Both the position numbers and the translations under genes were made by a program. This document shows positions 1 to 11,368 of a DNA stretch of 64,000 nucleotides, piece after piece. Within the stretch, counting starts at the first letter, position 1. Each line of letters opens with the position of its first letter. The notes beneath the pieces were generated by a model that saw only the letters and a program-made list of their open reading frames with translations, had not been told where the DNA came from and did not search any database. Source of the stretch: Azolla caroliniana (lineage: Eukaryota > Plantae > Polypodiophyta); contig JBHGNT010000016.1 of NCBI GenBank assembly GCA_043228905.1, positions 2,914,001 to 2,978,000 on the forward strand, given 5' to 3'.

Positions 1-460
1 TGGGGAACGTTGGATCAGCAAAAGGCTTTTTATCATTATCATAATTCTTCATTGACTTTACAGGTAAAAAGTTTTCAAGTGTACTCTATTTCCAACTTTG
101 TACCGGGAATCAAGTTCTTCTCGCGGTGTTATGTTTGGCAGATTGTTTCCTCTTTGGCCCTATGGGTTTTGTGGAAAGCGAGATGTTCCAAACTATACAA
201 CGATGAACAAATTCATGTGTGAATCAGGTTAAGACCTTTTGGGAATTACTGATACATACAGTAAAAGGTGAGTATGATAGTTATAAGGGTGATGGAAATA
301 AAGCTAACCAGAAAAGAAGAAGAATTTGTAGAGTCTGGGCAGTTATTCCCATTTTGTTGGATGCAGATGATGATGTAAAGTGGAATTACGTTCCACCTCG
401 TTGGTTGTTTCCGCCACCAGCACCGTTCTTAGTGTATACAACGTGGCAAGGATGAGTGAG
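1..460 (+). mobile_element. 3' coding remnant of a non-LTR retrotransposon (L1-like LINE)
   Basis: Translation contains WQIVSSLALWVLWKARCSKLYN, resembling the W-x-[IL]W-x-x-R-N/C C-terminal motif of plant L1 ORF2. It is frameshifted and followed by tandem repeats and an A-rich tail near 1681-1692. Confidence 0.55.
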
Positions 461-1320
461 GATGTTGTTGAGGGTTGAAGCAAAATTTCATGAGGACAGT
501 TCATTCATTTTGTTTGTTGTCTATACAGGAACTTGGTGAAAATGGCGAGAGGGTTGCTGTGGAATTATTTTGAAGCAGATTTAGGTATTATAACTTTTAG
601 AATGATGAATGAAGATGGGGAAGGAGGCAAATACAAATTTTCATGATGGTCTGAGGAGTGTATATATACAGGAAAGTGTTGAAAGTGGAGAGGATTTTGA
701 TGCAAAATGGTGAGTTGTTTTGATGTGGAAGTTTTTTTTGAAGCAAACTTATTTATTTTCAATTTTTAGAATGATGATTGAAGATGGTGGCAGAGGTAGA
801 AGCAAGGTTTCATGAGGGTTTGAGGAGAGTGGATTCATTCTAGTATTCTTTTTGTAGGTAGAAAACTCGAGTGATGAATGGCAAGTGGAAAATGAAGTTG
901 ATTTATTTTGAAAGGATGAGTGAAGATGGTGGCGGAGGCCGAAGCAAGGTTTCATGAGGGTTTGAGGAGAATGGATTCATTCTGGTTTTTGTAGGTACAG
1001 GACTCGGGAGATGAATGGCAAGATGGTTGTAGTGGAAAATGAAGTTGATTTAATTTTGGAAGGATGAGTGAAGATGGTGGTGGAGGTAAAAGCAAGGTTT
1101 CATGACGGTTTCAGGAGTCAGAGTGGATTCATTCTGAGTTTTTTGTAGGTACAAGACTCGGGTGATGAATGGCAACAGGATCTTGATGGAAAATGGAGAG
1201 ATGGCTGATGTGGAAATATGTTTAAGCACATTTATTTGTTTTTAGTTTATACAACGTTGAGAGAAGATGGTGGCGGAGGTAGAAGCAAATTTTCATGAGG
1301 GTCTGAGGGGAGTGGATTGA
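460..1320. repeat. Degenerate tandem repeat, about 5-6 units of about 140-190 bp
   Basis: The anchor GAAGATGG...AGCAAGGTTTCATGAGGG...GTGGATTCATTCT recurs at 611, 780, 922, 1070 and 1263. Confidence 0.85.
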
Positions 1321-1709
1321 TTAGAGAACCAATATTTTCATATGGTAGGCTCATCTGGCTCATCTGGATCATTTGGATATGATGAAATCTTACATGTAGC
1401 AGCGATCAAGGAATCATTGTGAAAGAAGATATATCACTACATGTTGAATACGATGGAATTGATGCTAGGGGCTTTGGCATGGAATCAACATTACTTGGTG
1501 ATATGGACACTGGTAGGGCAACAATATTACTTAGGGAGAAGTTCACCGATATTATCTTGTATCTTGCCTTTATCTTTATCTAGAAAGATTGGCTACACAT
1601 TATTCATTGTAATGTTGGATTATTTTGTATCTTGCCTTTGGCTACTTTAATCTTAATACTAATGGAGGATAATTTTTATGAAAATAAAAAAACATCCGGC
1701 TCATCAAAA

Positions 1710-4700
1710 ATGAGTCTAAGGATGTTCAACAAGTAAAACTTCAACTTCTAGAAGGAGCAGATGCAGGACTATCTAATAGTCAAGGGTCAGATCGACCCAA
1801 TCGAGACAGAAAACATTCCAAAAGGATACAAACCGAATGAGTGGAAATAACTTGATAGAGTTGTCCGAGCCACCATTCAGATGCACTTCTTGGAGTCAGT
1901 GTGCCATAATTGGAATCGGCACAATAGAGCTCAACCTTCCATGTGGCTCTACATTTGTACTACGCAATGTCTGACATGTATCTGAGCTCTCACGACCGCT
2001 ATCTCAATTGGACAACTTGACGAAGACGACATCCATGTCAGCTTCTCATTAGGAGGGTGGACACTCCATAGAGGGAACCTCCTACTTGCTCAAGGACCAA
2101 AAGTACATTCATATTACCCGTTATACGTCACACTAAGCGAGGGTAACTTGTTCTTGGTTGATGTCCCCGTGTCATCACTATGGTACGGATGACTTAGACA
2201 CCTTGGCAAGGTCGGCATAACACACTTATCTAGAGTCGGATATATCCCCAAACTCTCCTTCTCGGATCACCAGTTCTGCGAGCATTGCTAGTATGGCAAA
2301 CAAGTCGCAACCTCATACCCTACGACCGCACTCAGTTCACTCGATTTGGTCCATTCGGACATCGGTGGCCTTATGCCACATTAGTCTCTCGGTGGTGCCT
2401 TCTATTTCGTTTGCTTCATTGACAACTTGACTAGAAAGTTGTGGGCATATCCAGCTAGAATCAAAGATCGGGTGTTCTCGATCTTCCAGGAATGGCTCGC
2501 TATGGTCGAAAATCAGTCCCGCCGAAAGCTGAAATGCCTTTGAAACAACAATGGAGGAGAATCTAAGTCTGAAGAATTCGTCAGATTTTGTCGGCAATGC
2601 GGCATCAAACGTGAATACACGACACCTCATAGTCCAGAGTAGAATGGAATTGTCGAGCAGATGAATTGGACAATTCAGGAACGGATACTATCCATCCTCC
2701 AACACTCCGAACTGTCGGATGATTTCTAGGCAAAGGCCCTACTTATGGCAGTACACATAATCAATATGTCGCCGAGTAGGCCTCTAGGAATTCAAATCCC
2801 TCAAGAATTATGGATTGGGAGTAAGTCGAAATACACAAGCTGAGGATTTTCGGATGTGAGGCATACGCCCTCATAGTGAAGGACGGTCGCCGAAAACTTG
2901 AACCGAGGTTCAAGAAATGCATTTTCCTTGGTTATGGACTAGAATGTGAGATCAGATACCGACTCTTGGACCCTAAGCACAGACAGATTGTCCAAAGTTA
3001 GGATGTAGTGTTCAATGAGTCGGATATGCATAAGATGGCCGATACGGCTATTGAAGTCTGAAGGGTAACTTTTTCCGAATTGTCAGCCCTTCATGATGGC
3101 CCAACCCATAACACGAGGTCGGCTTCATGGGTAGTCGAATCCTCTAGCACTGAATCAACACCGATCAATTTGGCGCAGCCAAATGATTCAGCTTTGGACC
3201 ATATGACTCAGACACCCGATGCAACTAGCCCAATCTTACTTCAAAGATCCGAGAGACTATCACAACCGCCAAAGAGATACTCTCCTGGAATTTTCTTCAC
3301 GGACATCGGTGAGCCAACGTCATACGAAGAAGCATCAACATTAGCTGATTCAACCACTTGGCATCTAGCGATGGCGTCAGAGAACAACTCCATTTGGGCA
3401 AACAAGACTTGGGACTTGGTCGAATTACCAAAGAATCGACGCGCTCTTCCGTGCAAGTGGGTCTACAGACTAAAAGAGACGTCTGATTCGACCACCCGAA
3501 AATTCAAGGCCAAATTAGTAGTGAACAGTTTCAATAAGAATATGGCGTCGATTTTGACTAAATATTTTCACTAATGGTGAAAATGACAACCCTTCGCTTA
3601 TCCTCAGCGTTGTGGCAGTCAAAGATTTGGAGTTGATTCAACTAGATGTCAAAACGGCTTTTCTCCATGGTGATCTAGAGGAGGAAATTTATATGGAGCA
3701 ACTGAAAGGCTTCATGGTATCTGGCCAGGAACATCTAGTCTGCCGACTCAAGAAGAGTCTTTATGGCCTGAAACAAGCACCAAGGCAGTGGTACAAGAAG
3801 TTCGATGAGTTCATCCAATCAGTCGGCTTCTCAAAGAGCGATGAGGATCACTGCCTCTTCACCAAAACAATTCGAGATGGGTCTCCCATCTTCATCATCA
3901 TTTACGTGGACGTCATGCTACTCTCTGGTCGTCATGCCTAAGAGCTCACCGAACTTGTTCAACAATTGCGGTTGAAGTTTGCCATGAAGAACCTCAGTTT
4001 GACAAACATTCTAGGGATGAAGATAGTTCGGATTTGAACTCGACGACAATTGTTTCTCTCTCAAGCCGACTATATTGGACGTGTCTGAGAACGCTTCAAC
4101 GTGCAATGGGCCAAATCTGCTTTGACCCCGTTCCCCATCAGCCTTCAACTCTCTTAGCGAGATTGCCTAACATTTGGTCCAATGGCGAAGTTATGAAGTC
4201 AGTATCGTATGCACCAATAATTGGCTCCTTGATGTACATGATGGTCACAACACGGCCTGACATTGCCCATGTCGTAGGAGTCATCAACAGATTTGTTCAT
4301 AATCCTAGCCAATCGCATTGGAACGCAGTCAAGCATGTGTTCAGATATCTGGTGGGCACAAAAGACTATGGCATCCTATTTGACCTGAACAATACTTCAG
4401 GTGTACTTGGTTATATCGACTCGTACTTTGCCAGTTGCATGGATAGTCGAAAGTCAACAACCGGATATTGCTTCAAATTTGGCAATGGAGTAATTTCGTA
4501 GAAGTCGAAACTCCAGGAGTGCACTGCCACATCAACCACTGAGGCCAAATACGTAGCCGTGTCTAACGTGGCGAAAGAGGCCTTATGGTTTGGTCGGTTG
4601 GCGCACACATTTCAACAAGTCAACTCCGACTCGGCTCTAGTTGTCTATAGTGACAGTCAAGGTGTTGTCGCTTTGTCAAAAAATCTGGTTCAACACAACA

Positions 4701-4880
4701 CCTTGAAACACATTGATGTGAGATATCACTTTGTTCGAGACCGGGTCATTTTAGGGAAAATCGGCCTCGAGAAAATATCCACAGTTGATAATGTCGCAAA
4801 TGGGATGATCAAGTGTCTTCCGGTGGATCAATTTCGATCACTTTAGCACCAGATGGGCGTAATGAAGAATCAACCTGATT
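1710..4880 (+). mobile_element. Decayed Ty1/copia retrotransposon (gag fragment, INT, RT, RNase H) with many stops and frameshifts
   Basis: RT motifs TWDLVELP...CKWVY, QLDVKTAFLHGDLEEEIYMEQ, KSLYGLKQAPRQW and IIYVDVML; RNase H motifs DSRKSTTGY, KEALW and KHIDVRYHFVR. INT remnant lies upstream of RT (copia order). LTR limits are not resolved; 5060-5410 may be a 3' LTR. Confidence 0.9.
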
Positions 4881-5620
4881 GAGTCGGACATTCAGGATGG
4901 TTTCAGACAATAACCATCAATTTGATAGTTCAATGCTTGCCTTCAACTCTTCCGACCCCGGTCGACTCGGCTTTCTATTCTCAGATTTTGCCAACTCGAA
5001 CAAAGTCGACCTGTTTGACAACCTTGTATAAATCTATATTTCTTGCTCATTTGTTTTATTACAGATTTTTTGTTGTATACAACCATTACGAGGCAATGTC
5101 GAATATGGGTATATAATGGCCGTATTCACATTGTCCCATTGGACACACTAGGTTTAGGCTATTTCTGTAAATAGCAGAAAGGGTAGTTGCCCTAAGTCAA
5201 TTAGTATTTAAACCGACTCTTGTAACCTAGCTCAAGGTTGTTCATTTTGTACATTGTGCTATTGTAACACTCTAAGAATAATACAGTTACACCTTGCTTG
5301 TGCCTACTCTATTGTCTTTCTTCCTTTTTTCATTGTTGATCTTGTCTTATGATTCAATTGTCTATTGTTACCAATATGTTTCTTTGTACTTGTTGAAGAT
5401 CTTCAACTCAAAGACTGTTGAGATTGTTCCGCACCTGACGGCCAGTTCCAACAGGGGGAGCTTTCATGCTAAACACGGTCCGCAAATCAGGCTTATTACT
5501 GGCAACTATTGTAGTAAGATCGGCCACCATGATGAGGAGTGCCAAAAGAAAAGAAGCAAGTTGGCTTCTACAAGTCAACAAGTCGACAAGTCGACAAGTC
5601 ACCAACTACACCTCAAACTC

Positions 5621-5682
5621 TGTTGATGGGTGGAGGGTGAAACCTAGAATGGCTTCACCCCCCTCCCAAGGGAGATTACGAT

Positions 5683-5721
<39 letters not shown>

Positions 5722-5994
5722 ATAAGAACAACACCAAAATGAGAGGGAAAAATTTATGTTACATTATGCCCCATGGGTAGGGTTTATATAGTACAACAGG
5801 TAACTATAACAAATAAAGAACGAGACAGGGAGGGAGTTACATTACTTACCCACTTTCTCACCTTTGTACACATGCACACAAATGTGCATGTGTTCATACA
5901 CATACTCATCCTCATACACTCATTTACGCATACACATCAACCACATTATCGTGTTCCACCCCTTATGCCTCCCCGTATATTCTTACGGGTAACA
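5621..5994. mobile_element. Solo LTR (374 bp) with 5-bp target-site duplication AACTC
   Basis: Starts TGTTG and ends TAACA. AACTC occurs at 5616-5620 and 5995-5999. Removing the insert restores the copia frame TNYTSNSEFEDY. Contains a (GA)n tract. Confidence 0.85.
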
Positions 5995-6175
5995 AACTCT
6001 GAATTTGAAGACTACGAAGGCATGTTTGTTATGAAGCACAAAGCAAACACCATGTCGGCATCCGGTTTGGCCAACACCTCTACATTAGAAGAAGTATGGT
6101 TTGTCGGCTCCGACGCCTCCAATCACATGACATCCCACGAGCAGTGGTTCAACGATTTGCGTACGCCTCCAATCA

Positions 6176-6311
6176 CTTAAACGGCTTAGCTGGCTTAGCC
6201 GGCTCAAGCCGGTTTGGCGAGGCTCAAGCCAAGCCGAGCCGAGCCGCTAAGCCGTTTTAAGCCGGCTAAGCCAAACGGTTTAGGCTTGAGCCGAGCCGTT
6301 GCCGATCCCTA
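6176..6311. mobile_element. One end of a hAT-like DNA transposon/MITE
   Basis: Dense GGCTT/AAGCC/GAGCC subterminal-type repeats in both orientations, ending in GCCGATCCCTA (TAGGGATCGGC on the - strand, a TAGGG-type terminus). The opposite end was not found. Confidence 0.55.
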
Positions 6312-7008
6312 GAGAGAAGGCCAAATTTTTATTCTCAATTTGGACGAGGTAAAATCGTCCATGTATGCCAAAGGTCTCAAAGTTGAGACGAATATCGAGT
6401 TGTGGCACAAGAGAATTGGCCACATCAACCTCCAATGGCTTCGAGCTATGCAATCGAAGGGAGTCGATTTGGAAGGTCCACAATAATAAGGTCATTGATC
6501 AAAACCAATTGCATGAAGTTAGCTTCTTTAAGCAATCCCTCAACAATCTCTATTTGATTGTCTGCAACTTACAAACATCACATTGCAAATTTACAATCTT
6601 TACTTTGAGTGCTTCTAAGCTCTTTAGTGTCTAATCGACACTTCTATATTTCTCTTTATTCTTAGTGGGTTTTCACCTCACTTTGAGGTTTCCCACTAGT
6701 AATAAAAGTGTTACTAACAAAAAGAAGAGATACGTTTGGGGTGGATTGAAACAGAAGAGAGCAAATAATGTCCATTTTAGACAGCCATAGAAGAAAGAGA
6801 GAATTATATTGTCTTTTTTAATGATCAAGATGACACATAATGATGTTAATTTACATCATCCATCCATCAATTGCATTTGTATTACAATCATTAGTAGGTT
6901 TGAAAAGTAGACAACAAAATCATTGTAAAACACACACATAACTATGTTGCAACAAAAAAGCAAAGACTTTAATACAAATAATCAATTTTAAAGGCAAACT
7001 TAGGTAGA

Positions 7009-8133
7009 CTATACATAAGGTGTCCAAACGAAGTGATTGTGAGGAATCCAATGGCAAATCCCTTTTCCATTGTTTGGATATGTGTGAAGTTCTCCAAAGG
7101 CAGGGTGGTTGGTATTCCATGCGGAGGTGTTATGGTGACAAACCACCAATGCATGTCCTTGCGCTTCTTTAAACGAGACACTTAATACAGAGGTTGATGT
7201 TGTTGTATGACAACCGTAAACTAAGTATGGGTAGACTAAGTTATGGCATGTAGTTGTGGCAACATCCTTAAGATTTCTAGTAATGTTCACTATCTCATTT
7301 ATAGTAACTTGGTGCCGATTTGAATAATCATAGTGTTCAACATTTTCTAAATTAGGTGTCCACACCATAACCTTGTTGCCTAGCGTTCTAAAGACAAAGT
7401 CCACCATTGATTCAATTGATGTAGCACATTGCATTGTGTCTCCACCCATATTTGATTTGTCACAAAATTCAAGTGTTTGAGCCATGTTGTCTGCCATGGA
7501 TGAGTTGATGGGAACATTGAGAAGGGAGAGCAATTTAAAGAGATTTTTTGAGTCAAAGGGAAACATGTTTGCTAAAGATTGAGGAAGAAATCCTTGGCTA
7601 TTGTGAATGTTATTAGAAATGAGAGGAAAGGAAATTTGATCACCCACAACAAGTTGATGAGGATGAAAGAAAGTTTTAATGGTTGGCTTATACATATCTT
7701 CTTGCTTCAAAATGAAGGATGGTCTTGACTCATTTTCTTTCAAGTGGGAGTCATTTATACGTTGCATTGTTTGTTGATTCTTATTAAGCATTGTGGTTTG
7801 CATATCATGAGATGTGCCATCTTTTAATATAGGAAGTTGTGTTCCCTTGCAATTCTTTTCATATTCATAAAAAAATTGATATACACATGTGCTCGCTGGA
7901 GGTCCTCCGGAAATATTACTGTTTGCACAAACATTGAGATCAACTTGAGTGCATAAACACAAGTTGTGGTTTATTTGAGAGATGCACACAAATGATTTTC
8001 TCATAGTCTCCACATCAACGCTCAATGGGGATGCGAGCATTGTAATGGGCTTGGGAGGTTCTAAATTTGGAAACTTGAGTTCCCAATGTTCTCTCCAACC
8101 TAATAGTGCATCTGAGGTTGTCATCCATTGAGC
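7009..8133 (-). CDS. BURP domain protein (main exon; N-terminal exon(s) probably upstream near 8720-8801)
   Basis: 371-aa ORF with FF at the domain start, CATSIESMVDFV and four Cys-His motifs (TCHN, GCHT, VCHH, ICHW) with a terminal W. The N-terminal W..HW...P.P...ASPL...C motif resembles PG1-beta-type BURPs. An AG acceptor lies just upstream of 8133. A candidate signal-peptide exon MRTKIMHICIFTIFVVTLYYLQ could not be joined with certainty. Confidence 0.88.
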   Translation of the reverse strand, partial: AQWMTTSDALLGWREHWELKFPNLEPPKPITMLASPLSVDVETMRKSFVCISQINHNLCLCTQVDLNVCANSNISGGPPASTCVYQFFYEYEKNCKGTQLPILKDGTSHDMQTTMLNKNQQTMQRINDSHLKENESRPSFILKQEDMYKPTIKTFFHPHQLVVGDQISFPLISNNIHNSQGFLPQSLANMFPFDSKNLFKLLSLLNVPINSSMADNMAQTLEFCDKSNMGGDTMQCATSIESMVDFVFRTLGNKVMVWTPNLENVEHYDYSNRHQVTINEIVNITRNLKDVATTTCHNLVYPYLVYGCHTTTSTSVLSVSFKEAQGHALVVCHHNTSAWNTNHPAFGELHTYPNNGKGICHWIPHNHFVWTPYV

Positions 8134-9959
8134 CTACATAATAATACACAAACATTGATATATTTCTCCCAAATATAAAAGTAAATGAGAACTTTAACAT
8201 GTTCACAATTAAATCTGGTTAACTAATAATACAATTTACCTACCAAAATAGCAAGCAAAGTATATGTCATTCCATTGCAAGGGGTCATTATTCTATTTAA
8301 TGCCATCTATGACCTTTGTACCTTATGTTTTTGTTGTCATTTCCTTGCCTTTATATTGTCCATTGTATACAGTTTCATTGCATTTCCTTCAATTGTCATG
8401 GAGTTAGGAGGAATATAGATACACTTCTTTATTCTCCTTGGATTGTTGATACATCAACTTTATGTGAAGTTAGCTCTAAATTTGGTAAAGAAGAAAAGAT
8501 TGTCAATTAATGTTCTCTTGGTAGTTTTATCACAAATGTGGTTTTGTAAAGTAAAATATTGGATTGTTCTTTATGACCAAGAAAATGAGGTTATTTACAC
8601 ATTGTAATATGGACAACAATACTTAACAAAGTAAAAGATTATCTAACAAATTTGTTCCTCTTCTAAAGGTTTTGAATACATGATTGGTTGCCGGTTAACA
8701 CGACCCAAGTCACTTTGAGACCTTTCTATTAGGTTTTGTAGATAATATAAGGTTACAACAAATATTGTGAAAATGCATATATGCATTATTTTCGTTCTCA
8801 TTGAATTAAACATATGCTCAACAACACAAAGCAAAACAAAACAAACATGGATACATAGACAATAATCAACATTTTTTATTATTATAAGCTAGAGACAATT
8901 TGGTTTGTTAGGAGTTTGATTTATGATAACGTATTGTTGAACCCAATATTGAACAAACCACATCTTGATGTGTGCAAATAGATGGACATATACTTTGTAA
9001 TCTTCTTAGCCCTAATATGGTAACAAATGTACGACAGATGTCAGAGGGATCTAGAAACTCATCAATAGTTAAAGAATTAGATGAGTTTCAATCCAAAGTC
9101 TAATTGAAGACACGTCCATTCTAACATGCCTACGTGGAGATTCAATTCAACATATTTACAACTAAATCACCTAACTCAAGCCTAAAGCTTCAATTGTTGT
9201 GCTCATTCACTTCATAATTATTATTCAAAGTATATTTTTAGGATTGTGAGTTTTTAGTCAACGGTCTCTTCCCTATGAAATATAAAATAATATTCTAAAC
9301 TTTGATGTGTTCCATTGAGTATTATTGGCTTCTGTCACTTAGGTTGTGTTGGTCATTAGGTTTATAACATAGTCTATTTTTACTTTTCGCTCAGGATAAC
9401 TTTGGTGTACTATAAATTTGTATCAAAGAGGAATTGAAGCTCATGAATATTTCACATTGGGATTCAGAACAAATAGGAAAGTTTATTATCGTTAGTTATC
9501 ATGCAAGCTTGCAATGGGAGAAATTTGCATATCATGTGAGTAGAATATAGCTTTGATGACTTTCAGAGAAAATTATAAATGTTTCTTGTATATGTAGCTT
9601 GCTCTAGTTGAAATTATAAGTCTAGCCCCAATTCCAGATTCTTAGCACATACCATGAACAAATTAGAAATTGCGAGTGACACTCTTTTAACAAATGTGAA
9701 ACACATACATTCAAGAGTTGGAACCTCATCTCTACCTATAAACAAAGGGTGGGTCGCGTGGTTCTATAAGATGATTATGAGTTGAATGAGGTTGATACTA
9801 GTGTTGGGATCCCACAATCACATTTCTTCACCTTTTGGCTATGACAATATGCAATATATATTTTTATAGGTTTAATATTCGAATACATCGTCTACATTTC
9901 CACATCTTAACCTAATTTCTTGCATGTGGGAATATCTCATCGAAGAGAACAAGGGGGTT

Positions 9960-10620
9960 GGGTTGGGTTGCATGTGTCACCTTGGTCCTTGCACTACAAC
10001 CAAGGTCACATATGCCCCTTTTGCAAAATCTCCAAGATATCAAGAAACATATGGATAGATTGCTTGCAAGATGGACGTGTGCACATAGAGAAAATGAAAG
10101 GGATAGAGAAATATTAGGCCATATTTTTAATCAACAACCATGAAAGGCTAAAGCCCTCCACACAAAATAGACAACCACCTAACATAGATCTAAGTTTGAG
10201 TACTATTGCAATTGCATTGATACTCAATATTGGGAAAATAATTGGCAATCATTGGCTCATGCCCAAAATCACATGTAGACAAACAACCATGCCCAATAGA
10301 GTTAAGCATGCCATCACATTCATGGCACACTCAAGACACATTGAAAATAGAAATTGAGGGTTGGAAGAGTTGAGCAAAAAAGAAAAATATGCAACCTATG
10401 TTGCCTTAAATGTAACAAAAACAAAGGAATGTGTACCTTTGGAATGCCTTGCATATCAGGACATCAAGAATAAATTTCATGATTTACTCCAAGGTTTTAC
10501 TAGCTTTGAAGATATTCGAAAGAGGATGGAACAAGTGTCAATGACACCAAGAATGTTCTTTCCTCATCTACTTAACAAAACAAAACTCGTGGAAGATCTA
10601 CATCGTGAAACTAGAAAATA
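9960..10620 (+). mobile_element. Degenerate LINE ORF2 C-terminal remnant
   Basis: Fragments TLKIEIEGW and LECLAYQDIKNKFHDLL resemble the H-x-L-x-IE-x-GR and E-C-x-x-Y-x-x-I-R C-terminal motifs of RTE/L2-like LINEs. Confidence 0.4.
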
Positions 10621-11368
10621 AGATAGTTTACAATTTCAGCAAATCCCCATATATCTACCTTGGTTGGGATAGTGCTTTGTAAGGATTGTTTGTCCCATAA
10701 GGCATTTTGGCAATACACCACATCCTCTCTTGTAAATATATTGTCTTGCATTGGTGTCTCTTCATCATGTTCTATGCCACCACTTCATGCATAGCTCCTC
10801 CCTTCATAGATCAAAATTTATAACTATAATGTTGTGAACCATAGCTTAAAAGTTAACTTTGCGTTTCAACTTTGGTTTGCACGAGTCTTTACCTTGCTTA
10901 TTTTTGCCCCAACTTCCACATATAAATTCTAGGAGGGCCATATATTTGTGAGGGTGTATCTCAAAGGATCAAAATCAATATGAACTCCAGTGACTCCATT
11001 GCAATTGAGAACTCGAGGCAGATTCCTATGTTACCAAATATCAAAGCAGCTTAAAGAGAACCTCACCAAAACAAAGAAATGTCACCAAATAGTAAAACTC
11101 CAGAAAAGCTCCATGAAACTCTAGGAAAAGTTGTGTGCATATAGAGCAAAGTGCTGCTTAATGAAAAGAAGCATTTCAAAATGCCCTTATAAAATACTAT
11201 GGTATTGGCGGGACAAAGCAAAACCTGGCCTCCTTGGATGTTCTCAAAACAAAAAAAAAGGTGTTGTTGGCATAACAATAAATTTCCCAAACATAAATCA
11301 AATATACCATAACTCAAACCCAAGAAACACAAAATATGAAACAATACACACAAAAATAACGTGTGTAT

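Larger units (their letters stand above)
5430..6470 (+). mobile_element. Fragment of a copia gag-protease-GAG_pre-integrase region, related to the element at 23607-27678 and interrupted by two insertions
   Basis: GSFHAKHG...NYCSKIGHHDEECQKKRS (degenerate zinc knuckle), TNYTSNSEFEDYEGMFVMKHKAN, WFVGSDASNHMT and IELWHKRIGHINLQWL align by eye with 24940-25730. Confidence 0.85.

Noticed and set aside
460-1320. Repeat-spacer appearance suggesting a CRISPR-like array
   Set aside because: Eukaryotic context, the whole unit is repeated rather than unique spacers, and there are no cas genes.
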